Shown here: in pieces, positions 55,222 to 64,000 of the stretch
How the letters are laid out: each line of letters opens with the position of its first letter
How positions within the stretch are numbered: position 1 is the first letter of the stretch
Assembly (NCBI GenBank): GCA_030141605.1
Contig: JAQGDQ010000056.1
Span: 434,001-498,000 of the forward strand
Source: Tubiluchus corallicola
Taxonomy: Eukaryota > Animalia > Priapulida
Length of the DNA: 64,000 nucleotides
Direction: 5' to 3'
The notes under the pieces: generated by a model
Database searches by the model: none
What the model saw: the letters and a program-made list of their open reading frames with translations, nothing else
What the model was told of the DNA's origin: nothing
Translations under genes and position numbers: made by a program

Positions 55222-55435
55222 GTATTGTCCCTGCATAAACAAGTGATTTGCTGCTGACTACTAGCCTAAGCAAAGCAAACCAAAACAAAGCAAAAAGTTA
55301 GTGAAACAGTCAAACAGAACTTGGTAGGGTATTGTCCCTGCATAAACAAGTGATTTGCTGCTGACTACTAGCCTAAGCAAAGCAAACCAAAACAAAGCAA
55401 AAAGTTAGTGAAACAGTCAAACAGACCTTGGTAGG
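55222..55435. repeat. 107-bp tandem duplication
   Basis: gtattgtccctgcataaac...acagaacttggtagg occurs at 55222 and 55329 with one mismatch. Confidence 0.95.
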
Positions 55436-55770
55436 TTATACGTGTCAAAGCCACAAAGACACAGAGGTACGAACAAGATTGAAATCCCAGAAGTTATGTA
55501 CACCATTAGCAAATTCAAATACTAGATTTCTGAATTACGAAGTTTAGGGCACCCAACGTTTTGGAAAATGCAAACACCTTACATCAGACGGTGCAACGTA
55601 ATGTAATGTCATCGTATGGGCAAAATCTGTGCAATGGACAACAGGAATAAAAACGCATAAAATTCGAACATGAAGAACCACTAGAGCGCGACACTGAAGT
55701 GAGACGAGCACTGCCAAATGGTGGCCAGACGTTGAACTAAAGCCACTCGCTAAATACTCTATCAAAAAGC

Positions 55771-55837
55771 ATGACTTTGCTCAAACGTGGACTATTTTTG
55801 GGAATCATTGCGAGTTGCATCCTTTTGCTACAAAACG
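55771..55837 (+). CDS. Inhibitor gene B putative exon 1: signal peptide
   Basis: agcATG then MTLLKRGLFLGIIASCILLLQN, with a basic n-region and a hydrophobic h-region. The phase-1 donor G|gtgctc is weak but matches the acceptor at 56060. Confidence 0.55.
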
Positions 55838-56059
55838 GTGCTCAGTTCATCCACTTATAGGTTCATCTGACGACAGAAAAAAGTTCACGTAAATAGCTGA
55901 TAGTTCTGGCAACTGCCCGTCAACAACTTCTTTATTTTTTCCTAACTTAGGAAATACCCAGTGTGCCCATTTCAATGCAAACGAATAAAATAAATAAATA
56001 AAATAAAAATAGTTAGCCTCATAATACCTTTCTCATTGTTTATACTTTATCTTTGTTAG

Positions 56060-56245
56060 AATTAAGTTGTACTGCCCAACCATCTCAAGGCAACTGTTAT
56101 TATGAGAGATATGACAGGAAATGGTATTACAATACTCGCAGGTACAAATGTAAGCGAGTTAAAGATGGCTATTGCGTAGGAACAGGCAACTCTTTCAATG
56201 GGAAAAGAAACTGCAAAAGACAGTGCATGAAAAAGCGCACAACAG
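56060..56245 (+). CDS. Inhibitor gene B: atypical, strongly cationic Kunitz-fold domain exon
   Basis: tgttag|AA TTA. Encodes ELSCTAQPSQGNCYYERYDRKWYYNTRRYKCKRVKDGYCVGTGNSFNGKRNCKRQCMKKRTT(G), Cys spacing 8-17-7-12-3. Ends at CAG|GCAAGT (GC donor); 186 nt, phase 1/1. Confidence 0.75.
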
Positions 56246-56744
56246 GCAAGTCATATTTAGTTTTTGCAAACCTAAATATTTTAAAACAATTGCGTTATAG
56301 GAATACAATTTCAGGTAAATTGAAACTATTTTACAAATTATTTTTACAATTATGTAATGCAGGATAATGGTTACAGCAATTCCATTAATACTTTTGATTT
56401 TGTTTTACTAAACGGTCTATTAGTCATCATCACATACGGACTTCTGCCCACATAGTAAAAATGGGCATTTCAATTGAATATAGCTAGCCTGGTGTGGACT
56501 ATGGAGTTGTAGACAGTTGATTATCAGCAATATGGCTTCTCCTTCAATATGAAGTATTGACTTTTAATGGTGTGAGTTAAAGAATGAAATATAACATACA
56601 AACAGCAAAATTGTCTCTTTCAGAAAACTACTATTACGAAAAAAATTGCCCTTTTTTGTAAAAATTTGCTGATGATGCTGTAGTAGGCCTACTGCTACAA
56701 AATCACCACACATTTGGCAAGTTCTTAGGTTGTTTTTGCTGTAG

Positions 56745-56982
56745 GTTTTTGTTACTAATGGAAAACAACAATCACACAGATGTTGCACCATATGAAAGCA
56801 AAATTGACGAAAATGTTTGCAGCTTAGCACACTATACAGGACCGTGGAGAAAAACTGTCAAGCAAATGCAAACCTACAAGTTCGACACAGAGGAAGAGTG
56901 CATGTATAATCGTAATACATATGCACACCCAGTCGAAATGAGACTATGTAGGGCTTGTAGGTGCTATTTTCCACGATGGTAC
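56745..56982 (+). pseudogene. Decayed paralogue of the gene A double-Kunitz exon (internal deletion, lost Cys, frameshifts)
   Basis: ctgtag acceptor, but TAA follows 3 codons in. The sequence aligns by eye to 52377-52655 (gtttgcagctta..acaggaccgtg; tgtcaag.aaatgcaaa; acagaggaagagtg; ..YFPRWY), with the core of domain 1 deleted. Confidence 0.8.
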
Positions 56983-58111
56983 GTTTTCGGTCAATCCGTC
57001 AGTCAGTCAGTTAGTCAGTCAATGAGATAACAAATTGATTCACTCGATAAACAAGCATGCGAACGAATGGAAAAATGAATGAAAAAGCAGCAAGAGAGTA
57101 AATGAATTAATAAATGAAAAAAACGCAACTATAGTAATCAACTAATTTGATATGTAGTGGGTCAGTTGGTGAGATATACTAGGCTCATTGCTAAGTTTAT
57201 TTGCTTAACCCGGAGGCTCTGCATACAGAAGTTGTCAAAAACAAAAAGCAGATGGCACCTTAATTCTTGTCAAAAGAGACTAAGTAATACTGGTACTTTA
57301 ACAGACTGTGATAGAGACGTTTCAAGTTACATTATTTCTGTGCCAAAAAGCAAAATGACAACTGCCAACACCTTGACAACAGCTCTATGCCATAGATGAA
57401 AAGTTTGTAACTGCGTCATTTGGTAGACTATTGTACGGCTAAAGTATAGCCTTCTAGGAATTTTTAGCTACACCGTTTTATGTCGTATGCTAAGTTGCAC
57501 ACTAAGTTGTTCAGTTTGTCGTAACATCTGTGGTTTCAGTTGTTTCATGTGTATTCTCTTAAGCACTTGCCAAGTATTATTGACAGCATGATGCTTAATG
57601 GCACAGAAAAAGTTCACACTTATTTGAGTTCGCTTTATTTTTGAATGTTTTTGTATCGCAAAAAATGCTGATAATACATAAAAAGTACTTTTGAACAGTT
57701 GAAAATGATCCATCCATCATTCTTTATAAGTAGTGTACTCAAAAATATTAGACTACAAAATTATTTACGCTAGTATGTAATTTTTGACACTGCATTATAT
57801 GGCTATTGACATATTTTACTTTTCATTATTTTTACACTAAAAATTGAAATGCTTTACATTTCCAAAAATTGCTCAGGTTCTTGAGAATGCCTGCTACCGA
57901 ATCAGTGCAATGATTCTTCTTCTCCTCCTCTTCCTCCTCCTCCTTCTTCTTATTGTTATTAATAATTTCAGACCTTCTAAAAGTCCATAGAATATTGCTT
58001 CTTAGCTTACATGTACTACAATTTAATGTTGTTTTATAGTAAAATCAAGTACCTCAACCTGACAATAATATGGTGTATTTTATCTGAACTGTTTTCTAAC
58101 AAATTTTTTAG

Positions 58112-58267
58112 TGCCTGGGCTTTTTTGCACCTGTCCTACAACCGCAGACCCTATTCCTGTATGTGGAACTGACGGACAAAAATACATCAATATATGTTTT
58201 TTAGAGTGTGCAGCTAAAAACAACCCGGGTTTAAAAGTGGTACCAGCAGACAATTTGGACTGGTTAG
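58112..58267 (+). CDS. Kazal-type protease inhibitor domain exon (5 Cys), probably part of gene B
   Basis: tttttag|TG CCT. Encodes PGLFCTCPTTADPIPVCGTDGQKYINICFLECAAKNNPGLKVVPADNLDWL(G), then gtaatt. Contains the Kazal PVCGTDGxxYxNxC motif; 156 nt, phase 1/1. Confidence 0.85.
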
Positions 58268-58413
58268 GTAATTTTTCACCGTTTTTTATTGTAATTTTTT
58301 AAATCATTAATAATAAAAATAGAAATTAGACAACATAAGCTAAAACTGCAAAATGAGAAAAAATAATTGTCCTATACAATACAACATGACTGAAGCAGGT
58401 AACAAAATAGACT

Positions 58414-58480
58414 TCACGATGAAGCTCATCTAAAAGGTTTAGCGATCACGATGAAGCTCATCGAAAAGGTTTAGCGATCA
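58414..58480. repeat. 32-bp tandem duplication
   Basis: tcacgatgaagctcatc(t/g)aaaaggtttagcga, two copies. Confidence 0.9.
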
Positions 58481-59011
58481 AAAAAATTAAAGACAGAACC
58501 ATTTTTCCTGGTCATTCGATGGTGTACGACATACAATTTTTGGGCATATATTACGTGCTAAACCAGTTCTTCTAGCCGTAAATAAATAAAACCGTGTAGG
58601 GATAAACTTAATTTGCTTAACAGCCACTGAAATTCAGTAAACCATTTGACTCAAGCACTAAATGACTAGAATGATGCTGAACAGCATAGTATCTACATGA
58701 ACTTTCTCTCTACACTGTTTCGCGCATTTAGTATGGTCTCTTTGGAGACTACACACTCCTTTTATAAAATGTTCGATAAAGTAATGATTTTCAAACACTC
58801 ACTTAAAAACTTGACTACTCCGTGCCTTTAATTAAAGGCAAAACACATTGTATCTTTGAAAACATTAATACTGGGTATATCAAAACGTCATTAAAAATTC
58901 ACTTCACGTAAGCGCTTGGTTATACAAGTACGTACCCAAGGCATGTTTACAAGTAGCTTGAGGACTGTCTTCTTACAATAGCAGCTATGTACGTAAACCG
59001 TTTATTTTTAG

Positions 59012-59349
59012 GCGAACCACAACAACTGCAGAAAAATATTCCACGACTACTGCCAGAATCGTTAACAACGACAAATACAGAATATGACGCAAATGTCTGC
59101 TATCTTCCTAAAGACAGAGGCCCTTGTCTTGCCAGCATGCCCATGTGGTTCTATTCCACTGCTACTGAAACATGTGAATTATTTTACTATGGTGGGTGTA
59201 AGGGAAATAAGAACAGGTTTTACACAGAACAATTGTGCAAAGACAGATGCATGGAGAAAAGCAATGCAGATGGGCAACAATCACAAACAGAACAACAGCA
59301 ACAACAATATCTGCTGCTACCTCAGCAACAGTACCCATACACATTTTAA
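59012..59349 (+). CDS. Kunitz domain exon (P1 Leu) with Gln-rich tail, terminal exon of gene B
   Basis: tttttag|GC GAA. Encodes CYLPKDRGPCLASMPMWFYSTATETCELFYYGGCKGNKNRFYTEQLCKDRC, then QQSQTEQQQQQYLLLPQQQYPYTF*. AATAAA at 59621. Confidence 0.88.
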
Positions 59350-60546
59350 GGCAAATAGCTGTATCAATGTACAAAAGCGGCTAGAGTAAAAGCGACAATC
59401 AGAGTTGAACATACTAGCTACCGACACATTATAGTACTCATCAATCAACAGCTCGCGGATTTTTTAAATTTCTGTTAATTAATAATTTCATATCTCACTA
59501 AACTTTGAGTTTTTGTCTCATCTTGAATAAGGTATACAAAAATTTTTACAGTTTTATTAGAATTTTTTGCAGATCACAGAACTCGTATTGTAATTGGACT
59601 AAAATTTAAATGTAAATTTTAATAAATTTGTGAACAGACTGCAATACTTATATGTCTATTATTGAACATTGTCAACAGTTTGCACACATATGCACAAAAG
59701 AACATCACGAAGTATCTGTGTATTCAGTGGGCAATGCAGATTCCACAAGAGTAGATTCCAGTAATTAACAGAAGGCATGAATTTATAAATAATTGTGTCA
59801 CTATATAAACTTCAAGACATTGACAAGCTTTGCAACTAGAAGCTATTACAGCACAGTACTAATTTGTTTCTAAAAAGGAACAATTAAGAATGCTATCTGA
59901 AGCATTGCGAGTACTCGCGTAAGCATTATTCATGCTGCAGTGCATTAAACATCAGTGCTTTGAGCGTCAGCTGGCTGGCAGCCCTTTCACTTAAGCTCCA
60001 TCTAGATTATCAAGCATCTCCGATGATTAGTTGTGAACATGCGTGAGTAATACACGAAGGTGATAGTCTAGACACGTGAATGGCAGCTTTGCCTGATACC
60101 ACTGAAATGCAGCTTGCATAACTCCCGAGTGACACACTTTCCCAATGATTTTTTCCGGATGACATTTACTTCAATCAGAGTCACTAATTCTTTGCAAGTG
60201 ACTACAGCTTTTGTTGCAGAATTTGATTTGTTGTCTGCTTCCTTAGTGCAGACTACACTCATTGGGGATGTGTGAATGATAACTTTTGAGTGTCGCTCAG
60301 TACGACAAGGATGCCTGATAGTCTAGACAGGGCTTAGCATTAACATTTCCAGCTGAATAAATATGAGCACTTGTGTAAGCATGTAGCTAGAACAACTGCA
60401 ATTAGAAGCAGCTAGCATGTTTATCAAGCTCATTAGAAAACATTATCAAGCATTAAAGAAAATATTCAGAACAGGTAATATAATTCTGTTATTTTTGAAC
60501 ACCTGGAAGAGGTATGTTTTTCAACTTTTTCTTATTAACACAGCAC

Positions 60547-60555
60547 TATATATAA
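60547..60555 (+). promoter_or_regulatory. TATA-box candidate for Kunitz gene C
   Basis: TATATATAA about 90 nt upstream of ATG 60646. The AT-rich background makes a chance match possible. Confidence 0.4.
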
Positions 60556-60645
60556 TGGTATCACGTGAAAGGAAGAAGACTGTGTTAGATGCGTCAAAAA
60601 TATTAAAAGCAGAGCACACATAAGTACTTTGGTATAACTTTGACA

Positions 60646-60703
60646 ATGAATCATTTATATATTTGTACTACATTTATCATAACAGTTATATGTCTTGAGA
60701 CAG
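60646..60703 (+). CDS. Kunitz gene C exon 1: signal peptide
   Basis: acaATG then MNHLYICTTFIITVICLET, ending at a perfect phase-1 donor CAG|gtgagt. Joins to (V)SA-YRS, giving a V-x-A signal peptidase site. Confidence 0.85.
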
Positions 60704-61213
60704 GTGAGTTAATGCTACATTTAGCTTTACAAATACTAATATTATGCAGTATGCAATTGTGTACCTAACCTATAATTGAGAATTACGAGTTTCACTCCTA
60801 AAAAAGCTCATTTTAGCAATCATAGTGTAGATAATTGTGAGATGCTCATGTAATAATAATGACTAATCTTAGTTGAAAATAATGTTTTCAAAGTATGTCC
60901 CCAAAAGTAAAGAAACGAGATTGAAAAAAAAGCTTCAGTTTCACTTTCTTCAAAGTCAGTCAAATTTATAGGTCATTTAGCCAAAATTCTAAAATAACAT
61001 TTAATTAATTGTTGAAAAAGTTTCTGCTTAAACACATTTGAAGATTCTATGCATGTCACATAATAATGGTGATGAAGGTGAGCATGCAAACAGAAGTGAT
61101 GAATATGATGAGCCTAAATGGTAATGATCTTGATGCTCCAGATGATCCATTCTTGAAGATACATGTATGTGCAAAAACTCGCAGGTTTTCTATTTTGCTA
61201 TTTTTATTTTCAG

Positions 61214-61407
61214 TGAGTGCATATCGATCATCACTGTGCTTTGATCCAAAGCCTGACGTGGGTCCCTGTCGAGGGTATTTCCGCAGCTGGTACTATGACC
61301 CACTAAGAGATGATTGCCGAGCATTCATTTATGGTGGATGTGGAGAATCCAGGAATGTTTTCTTTTCAGAAGATGACTGTGAGGACACATGTGAACTGGA
61401 TGACTGA
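61214..61407 (+). CDS. Kunitz gene C exon 2: acidic Kunitz domain (P1 Arg); precursor ~83 aa
   Basis: ttttcag|TG AGT GCA. Encodes CFDPKPDVGPCRGYFRSWYYDPLRDDCRAFIYGGCGESRNVFFSEDDCEDTCELDD*. AATAAA at 61722. Confidence 0.9.
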
Positions 61408-61965
61408 AAAATATGCTGTTATGGAAATTATATTTGCTCTATAAGCAGACTCTTTGTACACAGTTGAGGATTTTCATTTTATGTAGAACCATGTCTATAT
61501 ATTACCACCTTTGTGATGGTCTACAGGACATGTAAAACACGCCAGAGCAGGTTGTTTTCTTTAAAGTTGATATCAATGGAATTTTCAGCAGTAATCATTG
61601 AAATGTGTACCCAGCACAAATTAAAGAATTTTACAGAATTTTAATGATGCAGTGAACTTTTCCAAATATGATGTACAAAGGTCAGTTATAATGATTATGT
61701 ACTCTGAGAAAATTACTTACTAATAAATACAGCTGGTAATTTAACAAATATTATTTCTAATTTTATTTTCCCTTTGCATCCTAGCGTTATAAAAACTCAA
61801 GTTACATGAGTCATATTATATCAACCTGACAACTTATACTATACACCAAAATTGAAACAATTGCAGGCTGTTTTGCTGCAAACGTTGTAGATTACATAGT
61901 ACACTGCAAATCAAGATATATAAAATAAAATGAACAGTTGAGGCCTCCGGAAAACTAATTTGCGA

Positions 61966-62156
61966 GAATCTTTTTGTCAAGATAAGTGTTCATCTGCATA
62001 CCATGCTTCGCAGGGTTTTGGGGCTTAACCAGACTCTTCACATAGCACTTAACTGAAATCCGAGGATGGCATTATGTGAAAGGTCCAGTTAACCCCAGAA
62101 ACCTGGTGAAACATGATAACTGCTGATGAATGCTTGTCTAGTTAACGCAGAGATTC
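61966..62156. repeat. Degenerate fold-back (long inverted repeat, ~85-bp arms)
   Basis: Left arm gaatct..gataagtgttcatctgca..catgcttcgcagggttttgggg.ttaaccagactcttcacata pairs with right arm tatgtgaaaggtccagttaaccccagaaacctggtgaaacatg..tgctgatgaatgcttgtc..agattc. Confidence 0.75.
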
Positions 62157-64000
62157 ACTTGAAGTAATTGAGGCTTGCTTTGTACTTTCTATCTGGAAAT
62201 TGGAACATGTGGTAAAATTCACATGTAGTATCTTAAAAGCTAACACAGATAGTACACCAAAACAAACAGATAAACAAATAAGGAACGATGTGAACTAGTA
62301 TCAAATCAATAAATGTGTTGCTGTGCATTCATATCAGTTATTGTAAATTGCACTGCAAAGCCTAAATTGTGACAGAAAATATACGTTGCGACATTAAATT
62401 AAGATATCTAAATGTAGGTAATAGACACCAGGTAGGTGAACTGCTATATTTACGATCAACAGGTGTGTTATGTTAACACACGATTGTGCTAATGCTAGAC
62501 AGTTGAATATAGTAAAGAAAAATTCACTGAATTGTGTGGAAATACATAGTCATAAAATTACACAATCATTGCTTTTCAGTGTATCACATTCTTAAGTGGC
62601 ATTGCATAAAAATATTTTGTAGTGAGCATTACAATGGTGCTGTCAGCTAACAAAATAAGTCTGAATTGGTGGTCTATTGGTTGAGGGCCTCACTGGGGAT
62701 ACAAAATCTGACTCTGTCAGTAGATGTGAAATTTGTTCTAGTATACTTGTTCACAGGTTTAAGTTTATGTTTAGCTTCTTGGGTGTTTTTAAAAAATGAC
62801 TTCATTGCCACCATCTTGAATTCAAATTGGAAAATGAACAATCTGAATTCATTCTGGTATTTTCCTATTAAATTTCATGATGATCCGATGCAAATTGGTG
62901 GAGCCTAGGCTTTTTTCAAAAACAATATAATTGCTGCCAGTTCTAAGTCCGACCCTGACGGTTGATTCCTACATAGTTTCATGATGACACACTATGAATT
63001 GGTGGAGCCTTCAAAAAGGTCAACCCCTAATAACAACGAGAACAACATGTCATGCAGATGTATGGCGATTTGGAATGGGCCCTCGACCAAAAATCGGCTT
63101 GAGAATGCTGCAACAGCTGATCAAGCATGGCGCTACAGTCTGTGAAATTTGGCAATTTCAAATAATTAATCACAGTTGATTAAATCAAAATTTTCAAATA
63201 ATCACTTTTAATATGATAACGCTCCACAAAGCAGGTATGCAGTAGGGGTAAGAGACAGCAGGCAAACAATTTACAGTCTTTGGGGCAAACATTTCCATAT
63301 TTTTGTTGCAGACACTACAATTTAGTTGGAACTATATAACTGCAAAATGCACTAAATACATTTTCTCCTATGTATACATATATAGCACAATATACTATTA
63401 GATGAATTACGTTTTCATTTCCAGTAACTTGGCTGTCATTGATATATTTATCTTGTTACTTTTACTTTTTTTAATATCCTGTATCCAGGTGAGCAATACC
63501 TTGACCACCTTGACTCGGTTGAGCTAATGTAAATAATATAAAACATTGATTAAACACAGCCCATCACGATGTTTACACTCCAGTGAATTACAGAGAAATA
63601 CCGATCACTGTGCCAAGAAACACAATCGTTTGTTATTATACTTCGGGGAAAGGATTAAATTCAAAAATTGCTTCAAGTCATCTAAAATTTTAATAAAAAG
63701 GGAAGACGAAACAAATTTCATAACAGCAATCATGTTACAACGTGACAGATTGTGAATCACCTGAGACTTATAATGTAGGATATTAGATTAAATAATTTTG
63801 TTGATACCCAAAGAAAATTTGCTTTAGCTTCACTATATAAAAATTGCAATTACAGTATAAACACACTAGACATAGTCAAAGCTTGAAAATGCACTTCATA
63901 TTCAATACACAAACTCAAGACATGGTGGATGTTATTAAGGAATGAGACACTTGATTTACGATGTTAAACGCTAACCCTTGAGTAAAAGAATTGCATACAC

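Noticed and set aside
54922-55242. 106-aa minus-strand ORF as a possible TTC6 upstream exon
   Set aside because: It has no TPR pattern, starts inside a tandem duplication, and lacks phase-compatible strong splice sites.
60061-60329. 14-bp direct repeat tgatagtctagaca around ~240 bp
   Set aside because: It could be a TSD, but there is no tail, TIR or second copy in the window to define an element.
61066-61213. Met-rich N-terminus of the 113-aa ORF
   Set aside because: It is intronic read-through of a degenerate ATG/GAT repeat. A proper signal exon at 60646-60703 and acceptor at 61213 explain the gene better.

Overview
AT-rich, intron-rich eukaryotic DNA, most likely from an invertebrate animal; I cannot identify the taxon. 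I reconstructed the genes by hand from splice signals and exon phases. (1) A complete 9-exon Kelch-like BTB-BACK-Kelch gene of the KLHL1/4/5 family lies on + (CDS 8129-34155, ~583 aa if ATG 8129 is the start). (2) A convergent TTC6-like TPR-repeat gene lies on -, with 14 phase-consistent C-terminal exons (49642-36015, ~679 aa); no upstream exons were recognisable in the window. (3) A cluster of small secreted protease-inhibitor genes lies on + at 51.3-61.4 kb, probably nested antisense in a TTC6 intron. It contains two single-Kunitz genes, a predicted mosaic gene (signal peptide, cationic Kunitz with a GC donor, 5-Cys Kazal, Kunitz with a Gln-rich tail) and two decayed Kunitz relics. The introns hold several non-autonomous elements (hAT MITE, AATT-flanked TIR element in two copies, Helitron-like pair, fold-back elements) and simple repeats. 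I found no prokaryotic features, CRISPR arrays, rRNA or tRNA genes.
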